From contig CAXXKT010000001.1 of assembly GCA_963662405.2 (NCBI GenBank), positions 64,001-128,000 of the forward strand: a stretch of 64,000 nucleotides of DNA, given 5' to 3'. The notes under the pieces are model-generated. The model did not search any database. It saw only the letters and a program-made list of their open reading frames with translations, and was not told where the DNA came from. Source of the DNA: Syntrophales bacterium (lineage in GTDB: Bacteria; Desulfobacterota; Syntrophia; Syntrophales; UBA2210). Numbering within the stretch: the first letter of the stretch is position 1; every line of letters starts with the position of its first letter. Shown in pieces: positions 10,070 through 20,331 of the stretch. The translations under genes were made by a program, and so were the position numbers.

Positions 10070-11154
10070 CTCCCGGTGACGGGCGCCTCCAACAGCCTCC
10101 TTGCGGCATCATAGACATCATCCTCCCGTATCAGGTCCATACACTTGAAATCGGTGGGGCACACCTTTTTCAGGCAGGGGCTGCATGAAACGCCCTTGTA
10201 CAAGACTCGGCTCCGCTCACCTGGCGGGGACGTCGTTACGGGATTCGTCGATCCGAAGACCGCAATCAGAGGGACATCGAGGGCGCCGGCAAGATGCATG
10301 AGCCCCGAGTCGTTGGATATGAAGAGTCCGCACCGGGAGATCAGAGCCATCGCCTCATTGAGGCCTGTCTCACCCGCCAGATTGATCAGATCCCGTTTCG
10401 CGTGCCGCTGCACCGAATCCGCCCGTTTCCGGTCTCCGGCACTGCCGAAGAGCACAATTCGCGCCGAAAACCGGTCCGCAAGTCGGTCCGCCACGGCGGC
10501 GAACCGATCAGGAAACCACATTTTTGCCGGTCCATAACTGGCCCCCGGGGCGATACCGATCAGGGTATCTCTCCCCTGGACACCGTGACTCGCAAGGGTC
10601 CTGTCCGCCGCGGTGCGTGCATCGGCATCGGGAACGAGTCGGATATCCCTCCCCGCCACGGTACACCCCAGCGTCCTTACCATTGCCAGGTAGTAATCAA
10701 TCTGGTGGACCCTGCGTATCGCCCGCGTTCGGTGAACCGCATGGGTCAGAAACACCCCCCTGCAGTCTGAATCATACCCGGCTCTCAGCGGAATCCGCGC
10801 ATGCCATGCAATCAGGGCGGCCTCTATCGCGTTCTGAAGGAGGAGGGCCAGCTCGAACTCCTCGCCCCGCAGTTCACGGGCGAGGCGTACCTTTCCGCCG
10901 ACTCCGTCGTGTCTGCCGGGGCTCTGGAACACAATGACTTCATCGACATCGGGACAGGACCGGTAGAGATCCGCTACCCACGGTTTTGCCAGGACACAGA
11001 TCCGCGCGTGAGGGAAGGTGCTCCTGACGGCCGACACCGCCGGGAGGCTCATGATGACGTCTCCGATCCAGTTGGTCCCCCGGATCAGTATCCGTTCGAT
11101 CCGCTCGGGAACGATATCTCCTGATTTTATCAGTTTCAGGCGGTTATTCGTCAT
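10066..11154 (-). CDS. waaF: LPS heptosyltransferase II
   Basis: RGTNWIGDVIMS, PGASYGPAKMW, SNDSGLMH; start set at ATGA overlap. Confidence 0.88.
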   Translation of the reverse strand: MTNNRLKLIKSGDIVPERIERILIRGTNWIGDVIMSLPAVSAVRSTFPHARICVLAKPWVADLYRSCPDVDEVIVFQSPGRHDGVGGKVRLARELRGEEFELALLLQNAIEAALIAWHARIPLRAGYDSDCRGVFLTHAVHRTRAIRRVHQIDYYLAMVRTLGCTVAGRDIRLVPDADARTAADRTLASHGVQGRDTLIGIAPGASYGPAKMWFPDRFAAVADRLADRFSARIVLFGSAGDRKRADSVQRHAKRDLINLAGETGLNEAMALISRCGLFISNDSGLMHLAGALDVPLIAVFGSTNPVTTSPPGERSRVLYKGVSCSPCLKKVCPTDFKCMDLIREDDVYDAARRLLEAPVTGR

Positions 11155-12062
11155 GGTCGCGAGGTCCGTTTTTTTGTCTTGTCCACGACCTGTGTCTTCT
11201 TGGTCTTCCATCGTTGATGGAGCCAGAACCACTGTTCGGGATGTCTCCGAACGTGTCCTTCAAGAATATTCGTGAATATCTTTGTGTTTTCGTAAATATC
11301 CCGGTCATAATCACCGGTCCTCACCATCTCAAGGACCGGCCCGAGAACGACCTTGTATTTTCCGTTCGGTATCCGGTACGCAAAGGCGGGAAGGACCGGC
11401 GCCCCCGTCTGAAGGGCGATAGCGGCGAGACCGCTGGTGGTCGATGCCGGTCTCCCGAAGAAATCGACGAAGACTCCCTCCTTCCACGACACATTCTGAT
11501 CGATGAGGATCCCGATACTCTGCTTCTTCCCGAGGAGTCTGATGATCTTTCTGGCCGCCCCTCCCTTGGGAATGAGCTTGTTGCCCGTATAGCTCCTGAC
11601 CCTGTCGACGATGTTTCTCATGAAGGGGTTATCCAGCTCACGGTACACGATATGCACCGGATCGAATATGACGGCGCAGGCGGCGGCCATGATCTCCCAG
11701 TTCCCGAAATGCCCGGTAAAGAGGAGAATTCCCTTGTTCTGCGCGTAGGCCTTCACATAGTGTTCCAGGCCTTCGGGAACAAACCAGTCAAAGATGGTAT
11801 CCATCGTCAGGGAGATGATATCGAAAAACTCCGCGGCGACGATCCCCAGATGCCGGTAGGAATCCTTGGCGATTCTCTTCAGCTCGGGCATATCCTTTTC
11901 GGGAAATGCACGGGCAAGATTGTGAAGGACGATCATCCTGTTCTTTTCGGAAAAGTGATAGAATAAGATAAACGCCGCCTTGAACAGCCTTTTTCGCACG
12001 TTAAGTGGTATCGCCCTGAACAGGACAAAGATCGTTCGTGTCATCACTGTTATCTGTTTCAT
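11151..12062 (-). CDS. Lipid A late acyltransferase (LpxL/HtrB family)
   Basis: GHFGNWE, LIDQN, FFGRPA, PEQWFWLHQRWK. Confidence 0.9.
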   Translation of the reverse strand: MKQITVMTRTIFVLFRAIPLNVRKRLFKAAFILFYHFSEKNRMIVLHNLARAFPEKDMPELKRIAKDSYRHLGIVAAEFFDIISLTMDTIFDWFVPEGLEHYVKAYAQNKGILLFTGHFGNWEIMAAACAVIFDPVHIVYRELDNPFMRNIVDRVRSYTGNKLIPKGGAARKIIRLLGKKQSIGILIDQNVSWKEGVFVDFFGRPASTTSGLAAIALQTGAPVLPAFAYRIPNGKYKVVLGPVLEMVRTGDYDRDIYENTKIFTNILEGHVRRHPEQWFWLHQRWKTKKTQVVDKTKKRTSRP

Positions 12063-13132
12063 CGCTTCAGCCGTGCCCTGATATCATTTTCAAATATCCC
12101 TTGTTGATCCATTATTTCCATCTCAATTCTGAGCAGATATATCCCTTCAAAAAAATCGTCAAATCGTCTCAATTTCATACCATCCTTCTCCGTCGTCACC
12201 AAGACCTCAGCCCCGCTGTCACCAAAGGCCTTCCGGATATAATCAATATCCGCCGCCGTATAGATATGGTGATCCGGAAAAGGAAGAAACGATGTTATCG
12301 CACCGCACAGGGGGACCAGTGTATCCCGAAAGCTCCGGGGATGAGCTATGCCCGAAAAGGCGCATACCCGTTTCCCCGAAAGACAGTCAGTCGTGCAGGT
12401 CTCATGCGCCCGTCCTCTCACAAGCCCCACCGGCCTCCGCCGGGCCGTAAAGACGGGACCGGAATAATACCTCCCAAGAACGGGATCATCCGATCTCCCC
12501 GCTGCCGTCAATATTACCACATCGGCCCTTCGGAGCCCGCTTCGCGGCTCACGCAACCCACCCCGCGGCAGCAGGAAACCGTTCCCGAACGGTTGGACCC
12601 CATCCAGGAGAACAATGTCGATATCGCGAGCCAGGCGACGATGCTGAAATCCGTCATCCAGCACAAGAACGTCCGTTCCGTAGCGTTCCACGGCAACCCT
12701 TCCCGCACGGACCCGATCGGTCGCGACAATGACGGGTACAGCGGGAATACTGCGTGCGATCAGGACGGGCTCGTCCCCCGCCTCATGAGGGTCCATCAGG
12801 ATCTGACGTCCATCCGAAACAATCCCGACTTCTTCTTTTCTCTTTCCCCCGTACCCCCTGCTCAGTACCGCCGGTCTCCATCCACATTCCTTCAGCATCC
12901 GGGCCAGCATGATCACCATGGGGGTCTTCCCGGTGCCGCCGATCATGATATTTCCGACACTGATGACCCTGCATGTCACCTTTTGCGTGCGGAGCGCACC
13001 TGTATCATATAACAGATTACGAAGTTCGACACCGGCGCGATAGAGGAAAGATGCACCCACGAGCGGCGCATACCGCATCAGTCTCCGGTGATCGTACAAT
13101 ATCCTGGAAGCAATGTCGCTGAGTCGTATCAT
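12059..13132 (-). CDS. lpxK: Tetraacyldisaccharide 4'-kinase
   Basis: SVGNIMIGGTGKTP, SRGYG, LDDGFQH, TTEKD; start at MIRLS after a purine-rich RBS. Confidence 0.93.
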   Translation of the reverse strand: MIRLSDIASRILYDHRRLMRYAPLVGASFLYRAGVELRNLLYDTGALRTQKVTCRVISVGNIMIGGTGKTPMVIMLARMLKECGWRPAVLSRGYGGKRKEEVGIVSDGRQILMDPHEAGDEPVLIARSIPAVPVIVATDRVRAGRVAVERYGTDVLVLDDGFQHRRLARDIDIVLLDGVQPFGNGFLLPRGGLREPRSGLRRADVVILTAAGRSDDPVLGRYYSGPVFTARRRPVGLVRGRAHETCTTDCLSGKRVCAFSGIAHPRSFRDTLVPLCGAITSFLPFPDHHIYTAADIDYIRKAFGDSGAEVLVTTEKDGMKLRRFDDFFEGIYLLRIEMEIMDQQGIFENDIRARLKR

Positions 13133-13264
13133 TTCCCTCTGATTACCAACGTCTCCCGGGATTCCCGTCCCCGACGTGCGAGGGGCATGAGGGAATGCTG
13201 CGTATAGCAACCGGGCATGGGGAACCACGGGGTCCCAGATCTTTGCCCGTTCATTCGGCTCGAC

Positions 13265-14425
13265 TCACGCTATCAGATCACACGCCAGTCGCGCCGCCCT
13301 GAGGGACGCCCCCTCTTCCCCCAACCGCTCCCGTACCTCACGGAAGCCCTTCCGTATCTCATCCACCCTGAAACGATCGGCAAGGATATCGTACACCTCA
13401 TCAGCCATCCTCTCCGCGGTTGCCTCCCCCTGAATCAGTTCGGGGACAACCGCTCTTTCCGCTATCAGATTGACGAGACCGATATAATTCACATGAATAA
13501 AGATCTTTCCGATCCGATAGGAGAGGGGGGACATCCGGTACACAATCACCATCGGCACATCAAGGAGGGCCGCCTCCAGGGTCGCCGTACCCGAAGCCAC
13601 AACAGCCACATCGGCCAGCCCCACGGCATCGTACACATCTCCCTGCGTGATGCGTACATCCACGGTATACCCCTTGACCAATTCCTCCACTACATGAAGG
13701 GGAAGCGTCGAAGCCTGTGGGAGAACGAATTGAACGGCCGGAAGCTTCTCCGCCAGGATTTCGGCCATCTTCATCATTACGGGCAGGAGCCGTGTCACCT
13801 CCCCCCGTCTGCTTCCGGGGAGCATGGCAACCGTTGTCGGCCCTTTCTCCAGGTCAAACCGCTTCAGTGCCTCATCGCGCGAACAGCTCCTCTTGACGGT
13901 ATCCCGGAGCGGATTACCGACAAACCGGGCATCAAGATCCAATCCCCGGTAGATTTCCTCTTCAAAGGGAAGTATCAAGGCCATGCGATCGACATATTGT
14001 TCGAGAGCGTATATCCGCTTTCTCTTCCACGCCCATACCTTGGGACTAATATAATAGAAGACTGCGATCCGATTTTCATGGGCAAATCGAGCGAGGGGCA
14101 GATTGAACCCCGGATAGTCGATCAGGATCAGCAAGGCCGGATGAGACTCGATGAGCAATCGTTTGAGCCCGCGCCTGACCTTCAGGATAAAACCCAACCG
14201 GGGCACCACCTCGGTAATCCCCATGACGGCCATTTCGGCGGAATGAGCAACCAAACGGACACCGGCCGCCTCCATCGCATCTCCCCCCACCCCTGAAAAA
14301 CGAAGGGCGGGGTTGATGCCGAGCATCTCCCTCACCAGGGTCGCGCCATGCAAGTCACCGGAGGCCTCTCCGGCAACGATCACTATGTCGGGGTTTTCAA
14401 GTTGCATGATCCCGGAATTATCCAT
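13265..14425 (-). CDS. lpxB: Lipid-A-disaccharide synthase
   Basis: AGEASGDLHG, IDYPGFN, PKVWAW, LPGSR, SGTATLE. Confidence 0.95.
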   Translation of the reverse strand: MDNSGIMQLENPDIVIVAGEASGDLHGATLVREMLGINPALRFSGVGGDAMEAAGVRLVAHSAEMAVMGITEVVPRLGFILKVRRGLKRLLIESHPALLILIDYPGFNLPLARFAHENRIAVFYYISPKVWAWKRKRIYALEQYVDRMALILPFEEEIYRGLDLDARFVGNPLRDTVKRSCSRDEALKRFDLEKGPTTVAMLPGSRRGEVTRLLPVMMKMAEILAEKLPAVQFVLPQASTLPLHVVEELVKGYTVDVRITQGDVYDAVGLADVAVVASGTATLEAALLDVPMVIVYRMSPLSYRIGKIFIHVNYIGLVNLIAERAVVPELIQGEATAERMADEVYDILADRFRVDEIRKGFREVRERLGEEGASLRAARLACDLIA

Positions 14426-14595
14426 GTGGGGATATGATAACGTGACAGAACTCCGAAATCGCCGGTAAAACCCGATTGCCCGGTATCTCCACCTGCATAC
14501 TTCCCATCACCCTGTTTTCTGCCCCGGCACCTCGTACATTCGGGCCTCTCGATACAGAACGGATGATCCGTCACAGGCAGCGACACGCCTCCGGG

Positions 14596-15369
14596 CTACC
14601 GGCAGACTCCCCTTTCGGATTTCTCGATGAATGCGATAAAATGACCCACCTCGGGGGAATCCGGGATCTCCTCACGTATTTTCTCCGCAGCGGCGGAGAC
14701 ACGCAGTGAAGACCGGAAGACGATCCGATATGCCTTCTTCAACTCCCCAATGGTCTCCTCAGGAAACCCCCGCCTCTTCAGACCGATCAGATTCAGGCCG
14801 TATGGCCGTGCATGATTCCCTGCAACGGTCACATAGGGGGGCACATCCTGGGTCACCGCGGATGCGCCGCTGATCATCGCATGACATCCGATCCGGGTAA
14901 ACTGATGAACGCCGGACATACCACCGATGATAGCGTAATCTTCAACGTGGATGTGTCCCGCCAGATTGGTTGCATTCGACATGACGATATGGTTTCCCAG
15001 CTTGCAATTGTGGGCCACGTGGCAATACGCCATGAGAAGATTGTCATCTCCGATACAGGTCATCGCTATATCGGCAGCCGTCGCCCGGTGTATCGTCACG
15101 AACTCCCGTATCGTGTTGTTGTTCCCGATAATAACCTCGCAACGCTCTCCCTCGAACTTCAAATCCTGCGGAGGCGCCCCGATGGAGGCAAATTGGAATA
15201 TCCGACAACCGGTCCCTATCCGCGTGGGCCCCTCTATCACCACGTGGGAACCGACAACGGTCCCGCTTCCTATCCGTACATCCGGACCGATGACGGTATA
15301 TGGTCCGATCTCAACGTCGCTGTCGATAAACGCCTCTGACGACACAATCGCCGTGGGATGAATTCCCAT
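14596..15369 (-). CDS. lpxA: UDP-GlcNAc O-acyltransferase
   Basis: [22 protein letters not shown], hexapeptide repeats. Confidence 0.96.
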   Translation of the reverse strand: MGIHPTAIVSSEAFIDSDVEIGPYTVIGPDVRIGSGTVVGSHVVIEGPTRIGTGCRIFQFASIGAPPQDLKFEGERCEVIIGNNNTIREFVTIHRATAADIAMTCIGDDNLLMAYCHVAHNCKLGNHIVMSNATNLAGHIHVEDYAIIGGMSGVHQFTRIGCHAMISGASAVTQDVPPYVTVAGNHARPYGLNLIGLKRRGFPEETIGELKKAYRIVFRSSLRVSAAAEKIREEIPDSPEVGHFIAFIEKSERGVCR

Positions 15370-15378
15370 CCTTACATA

Positions 15379-16446
15379 TTACTCCTTTGCAATATATCCC
15401 TTGCTTTGAGCGTCTCTCACGGTTGTTTCCAGGTGTTCGACCCTCTTGAGCATTGAATTGATTGACTTCCTCATTTCCGGCAGATGCGGCATACATGCCT
15501 GGGCACGGAGCCATGTCTGGTGCGGCATGTGGAGTGTCCCTGAGACGATTTGGGCCGAAGAGACACTCTCATGAACACCAGATTGCGCGCCGACCATGAC
15601 ATGGTCGCCGATGGTCAAGTGACCGGCAACGCCGACCTGTCCGCCCAGTACAACACCCCGGCCCAGTTTCGTGCTGCCGGCAATCCCGACCTGAGCGACG
15701 ATGACGGAATTTTCCCCGACGACGACATTATGGCCGATCTGCACCAGGTTATCGATCTTGACCCCCTTTTGAATCCAGGTCTTTCCCAGGGTCCCCCGGT
15801 CTATCGTCGTATTTGCTCCGACTTCGACATCATCGTCTATCTGCACGGTCCCTATCTGCGGAACCTTTCTATTATCGGCACCCGGATTCGCGAAACCGAA
15901 TCCGTCCGCCCCGACAACAACCCCCGCGTGGAGGATCACCCGCTTCCCGATGGTGCACCCCTTATACACGACGACGTTCGGATACAGTATGGACCCCTCT
16001 CCGACAACGACGTCATGACAGACAACAACCCCCGGATACAGCACCACCCCCCGTTCGATCCGTGCCTTTTTACCGACGTATACGCCGGGATACAGGGTGG
16101 CACCTTCATCGATGTCGGCATCGTCTTCGACAACGGCCCGGCCACTGATCCCCGCAGGGATCTCCTCATCCGGGTATAACAGGGTGAGACTCTCCGCCAG
16201 GGCGCTGTAGGGATCGTCGGTGACGATCAGGTTTTTCCCGGGAGTTGTCACGCCGGGGGAAACAATAATCGCGGATGCTCGGGTTGTTTCGATGCGATCC
16301 TTGTATTTCGGATTTGCAATAAAGGTCAGGTCACCCTCACCCGCCTCATCGATCCCCCTGATATTGCAGACGCGCACGTCGGCATCCCCCACCACCGTGC
16401 CGCCTACGTGTCTTGCGATCTCTCTCAGCTTCGTACTGACTGCCAT
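15379..16446 (-). CDS. lpxD: UDP-3-O-acylglucosamine N-acyltransferase
   Basis: GADGFGF, IDRGTL, KIDNLVQIGHNV. Confidence 0.96.
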   Translation of the reverse strand: MAVSTKLREIARHVGGTVVGDADVRVCNIRGIDEAGEGDLTFIANPKYKDRIETTRASAIIVSPGVTTPGKNLIVTDDPYSALAESLTLLYPDEEIPAGISGRAVVEDDADIDEGATLYPGVYVGKKARIERGVVLYPGVVVCHDVVVGEGSILYPNVVVYKGCTIGKRVILHAGVVVGADGFGFANPGADNRKVPQIGTVQIDDDVEVGANTTIDRGTLGKTWIQKGVKIDNLVQIGHNVVVGENSVIVAQVGIAGSTKLGRGVVLGGQVGVAGHLTIGDHVMVGAQSGVHESVSSAQIVSGTLHMPHQTWLRAQACMPHLPEMRKSINSMLKRVEHLETTVRDAQSKGYIAKE

Positions 16447-16449
16447 AGC

Positions 16450-16974
16450 TTACTTTTTGGAATAGTCCTTGTTGTATGCCTCTATAATCTTGTCGGTGAC
16501 ATCCTTTTCTTTGGCATAGTATACAAGACCACTACTGCCGATATCCATGATACCGGCATACCCCTCTTTTTTCCCGATGGTTTCCGCCACCTTGAGCACC
16601 TCGGGGATCAGTTTCCGAGAAAGCTCCTGGTCTTTCAGTTTCATCTCCGCATTGGTATCTTCGATGAACCGCTTATAATCCCGGTATTCCTTCTGGTAAT
16701 CGAGTTCCTTTTCCTTATAGGCGCTTTCCGTCAATACCGGGGCCTGCTTCTTCAGGTCGGCCTGCATCTTTTTCAGCCGACCTTCAATCTCTTCTCGTTC
16801 CGCCTTTTTCCCCTCAATGAACTTCTGCAGATCAAGCCCCGCGGCCTTTCCTGGTTCAGATTCCAACACAATCTTCTTCATGTCCATAAAGACGATCTCC
16901 CCCGCCTGGGCAACCGTGCAGATACCGGCGAGCAGAAAAACGGCAACGATTAAAAAACTTATACCCTTTCTCAT
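16450..16974 (-). CDS. skp: Periplasmic chaperone Skp/OmpH
   Basis: Signal peptide, coiled-coil body, DVTDKII C-terminus; between bamA and lpxD. Confidence 0.88.
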   Translation of the reverse strand: MRKGISFLIVAVFLLAGICTVAQAGEIVFMDMKKIVLESEPGKAAGLDLQKFIEGKKAEREEIEGRLKKMQADLKKQAPVLTESAYKEKELDYQKEYRDYKRFIEDTNAEMKLKDQELSRKLIPEVLKVAETIGKKEGYAGIMDIGSSGLVYYAKEKDVTDKIIEAYNKDYSKK

Positions 16975-17015
16975 GAATAACTCCTCCTCGTGTAAAATAA
17001 TATCTCGTGACCTCC

Positions 17016-19655
17016 CTACATAAACATGCCGATGGTAAATTCCCATCTGTTCGCGGCCTCATCCCCTTCTCTGTCGAGAACATATCCCCACTCAAGCCTC
17101 AAGGGACCAATCGGAGAATACCAGCGCACGCCCGCACCCGCCGTTTTTCGCATATCATCAAAATGATATCCGCTGTTCCACGCATTTCCGGTATCAAAAA
17201 ATACCACCCCCTTGATCCCGGCATCCCTTATGAGCGGAAAAACAACCTCGGCAGTGAAATTCAGCATGGTTTCACCTCCCATGGGATCACCCGCCTCGTC
17301 CACAGGGCCGACATCCCTCAAGCCCCTGAGAGAGTTCATACCGCCCAGGTAAAACCGCTCGTAGACAGGGATCTCCTTCCCCTCATTCGGGTTTATATAC
17401 CCGGCTCTTCCTCGAATCCCGAAGACATTATCCATCGGCAGCGGGAAAAACCAGCTCGATGTAACGGTGTATTTCGTAAAACTGGCGTCTCCCTGCAAGA
17501 TGCTCCCGGTATGCTCGACGGCGATGCTGTTCTTCGACCCTTTCGAGGGAAACATGGCGTCATTTGTCGTATCCCGTGACAGTGTCAGGGTGACGCCGCT
17601 CGAGGTAAGCTCTCCCTCCTGTTTCCTGATATAGTTCGATGCATCATCCTCAATATCATACACGTTATTGGTTTTCAGCTCGTATCCCACGTACCCGGTC
17701 ACCTTCTCAAAAAGGTGGTACCCCAGCGTCGTGCCGAACCCCTTGGTATCGACATTATACGAGTCATAATCCCGTTCCATGTTCCACAGATCGAACTTGC
17801 TCCACAGAGGAATATCAAAGAGCCATGGATCCACAAAGGAGAGCTCATAGTTCGTTTTCGTCCCTCCCAGGTAAGCGGAAAGATTAAGGGTTTGCCCTCT
17901 TCCGAAGAGATTCTGCTGTGAGATCTGGGCCATAAGCACCATATGGTCGACGGCGCTGTATCCGGCCCCGACACTGATCATATTGGTTGCCTTCTCTCTG
18001 ACATTCACCGTGATATCCATCAGACCCTCGTCGGGTCCCTTCTCCGTCTGGAAATTGATCTCCTCAAAATATCTGAGGCTGTTGAGTTTCATGTAACTTG
18101 TCTTGAACTTACTACTGTCATACAGATCTCCTTCTATGCTTTTAAGCTCCCTCCGAATCACCTTGTCCCGTGTCTTCGTGTTTCCCGTTATGGAGATCCT
18201 GTTGATATATACAAGGCTACCTTTTTCCATATGGTAGACAACATTGATCTTCTGCTCTTCGTTTCTGGGCACCGTCCGCGGAACGACGGTAGCATAGGCA
18301 TACCCCTCGTCCCTGCAGGCTTCAGTCAGGATATCGACATCTTTTATGATGGCCTCCCGATCGAAATAGTCTTTCCCGGTAATTTGAAGTCGTTCCATCA
18401 ATTCCGCCTGAGGGATATCGATCGCATCACCCGTGATCGTCACCTCGCCTACTCTGAATTGTTTTCCTTCGGTTATCGGTATCTTGAGATATATCCATTT
18501 CCTGTCATGGGTGATCTCGGGCTCCCCGATTGCGGCATTGATATAGCCGTTGTTCAGGTAAAAGACGGTTAGTCGATTGATATCCTGCTTCAGCAGGGTT
18601 TCGTTGAAGGACCCGGACTTCGATACAAAATGGAATACTCCCCATTCCGAGGTTTCCATCATTTCCTTCAAATCTTTGTCTCTATACGCCCTGTTTCCCT
18701 CAAAGGTGATCTCCTTTATATACAGTTCTTTGCTCTCTTGTATGTCGAAGACCACCCGTACGCCTTTTTGTTGTTCATCCAATCGGTACGTTACCTGGGA
18801 ATTGAGGTAACCCTCATTTTTGTAAAACGTTTTTATCTGTTCAAGGTCGGACCGTACCTTATCAAGGTTGAGGATCTGCCGCTCCTTGACCGTAATCAAT
18901 CCCTCGATATCCCCCTTATTTATCCTGTCGGTTCCCGTGATTTCTATTCCCGTAACCAGAGGGAGTTCTTCTAGTGTAAAGGCGATAATCTTTCCTTCCG
19001 AGCTTTCGGTCACCTTCGCCTTGACATCCTTGAAGTATCCCATCTTGTAAATGGCTTTTATATCGCTGGAGAGGCGCTCCTTTGAAAAGAGTGATCCCCT
19101 CGTACCTTTCAAGACATTATAGATAGCGTCGTTTTCTATTCTGGTGTTCCCCACCAGTCGTACCTCAGCTATCCTTTGACCGGTTAATATCTTCAGAAGT
19201 ATGTCGTTTTTTAACCGGGCGATCAGGGCATTGATGCTCTTCCCCTGTGCAAAGAACGTGGAACGATGACCGCTCTTGTTGTCCGTCACGTTTACGTCCG
19301 CGCTGAACATGTCACCCAACTTGGTAACGCTCCCGGTAATGACGAACCCGGCACCGGTCCGTTCCCCGACAAGGAGAGCCAAGCGACCATTTCCTTCTTC
19401 CCCCTCAATCAACCCCCGGAAAGATCTCTCGTCCACCAGTTCGATGTACCCTGATTCCGTCAAACCGGCCGCCAACTCGACCCCTATCTGTTCTTGCAGT
19501 GTTCGGACACCCTGGCTGCTGTATATCTCAAAGGGAAGGATGGCAACTTTCGCGACATTTCTTTGCTCAGCAAGAGTATCGGCCACCGCACCAGAGAGCG
19601 GACACCATATCATAATGAAAAGAGCGACAAGCAGGCAGGTTCTGTATCTATACAT
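17016..19655 (-). CDS. bamA: Outer membrane protein assembly factor BamA with an extra N-terminal domain
   Basis: POTRA repeats, GNTKTRDKVIRRE, NLFGRG, FYLGGMNSLRG, WYSPIGPLR. Confidence 0.95.
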   Translation of the reverse strand: MYRYRTCLLVALFIMIWCPLSGAVADTLAEQRNVAKVAILPFEIYSSQGVRTLQEQIGVELAAGLTESGYIELVDERSFRGLIEGEEGNGRLALLVGERTGAGFVITGSVTKLGDMFSADVNVTDNKSGHRSTFFAQGKSINALIARLKNDILLKILTGQRIAEVRLVGNTRIENDAIYNVLKGTRGSLFSKERLSSDIKAIYKMGYFKDVKAKVTESSEGKIIAFTLEELPLVTGIEITGTDRINKGDIEGLITVKERQILNLDKVRSDLEQIKTFYKNEGYLNSQVTYRLDEQQKGVRVVFDIQESKELYIKEITFEGNRAYRDKDLKEMMETSEWGVFHFVSKSGSFNETLLKQDINRLTVFYLNNGYINAAIGEPEITHDRKWIYLKIPITEGKQFRVGEVTITGDAIDIPQAELMERLQITGKDYFDREAIIKDVDILTEACRDEGYAYATVVPRTVPRNEEQKINVVYHMEKGSLVYINRISITGNTKTRDKVIRRELKSIEGDLYDSSKFKTSYMKLNSLRYFEEINFQTEKGPDEGLMDITVNVREKATNMISVGAGYSAVDHMVLMAQISQQNLFGRGQTLNLSAYLGGTKTNYELSFVDPWLFDIPLWSKFDLWNMERDYDSYNVDTKGFGTTLGYHLFEKVTGYVGYELKTNNVYDIEDDASNYIRKQEGELTSSGVTLTLSRDTTNDAMFPSKGSKNSIAVEHTGSILQGDASFTKYTVTSSWFFPLPMDNVFGIRGRAGYINPNEGKEIPVYERFYLGGMNSLRGLRDVGPVDEAGDPMGGETMLNFTAEVVFPLIRDAGIKGVVFFDTGNAWNSGYHFDDMRKTAGAGVRWYSPIGPLRLEWGYVLDREGDEAANRWEFTIGMFM

Positions 19656-20316
19656 CGCAAATCCTTCCATCCGCCAGATTGAGGATCCGAGACATCCCAT
19701 CGGCTAGCAATCTGTTATGGGTAACAACGATAAGAGTGGTATTTTGAGCCCTACCAAGGGCCAACAGCAGGCCTTGGATCTTTTCCCCCGTTCCCGAATC
19801 AAGATTTCCCGTGGGTTCATCAGCCAAGATCACATCCGGATTCATCATCATGGCCCTCGCTATGGCAACCCTCTGTTGCTCACCCCCGGAAAGCTCACCC
19901 GGTTTGTGCGTCAACCTACCACTAAGGCCTACTTCCGTCAAGACAATCTCCGCCCTCCGGTATGCATTCCGTTTGGTTACACCGCTCACCAGAGCAGGCA
20001 TGGCGGTGTTTTCCAGCGCGGTAAATTCGGGAAGAAGATGATGAAACTGAAAGACAAACCCGATTTTTTTGTTTCTGAATTCGGCACGCCTCGCTTCATT
20101 CCAGGCAAAGATATCCGCACCATCAAAAAAAACATGGCCGGAGGTCGGATGATCAAGAGCACCGAGTATCTGGAGGAGAGTCGTCTTGCCGGTCCCGGAA
20201 GCACCCAGAATTGCGACGGATTCTCCACGCGAAATGGTGCAGTCAACCTGCCTAAGCACCTCGATCCTGTTGCCGTCCTTTACGAAGGTCTTGGTCAATT
20301 GGGCTATTTCGATCAT
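19648..20316 (-). CDS. lolD: Lipoprotein-releasing ABC ATPase
   Basis: [37 protein letters not shown]. Confidence 0.92.
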   Translation of the reverse strand: MIEIAQLTKTFVKDGNRIEVLRQVDCTISRGESVAILGASGTGKTTLLQILGALDHPTSGHVFFDGADIFAWNEARRAEFRNKKIGFVFQFHHLLPEFTALENTAMPALVSGVTKRNAYRRAEIVLTEVGLSGRLTHKPGELSGGEQQRVAIARAMMMNPDVILADEPTGNLDSGTGEKIQGLLLALGRAQNTTLIVVTHNRLLADGMSRILNLADGRICDV

Positions 20317-20331
20317 TACACCCCCCGCCTC

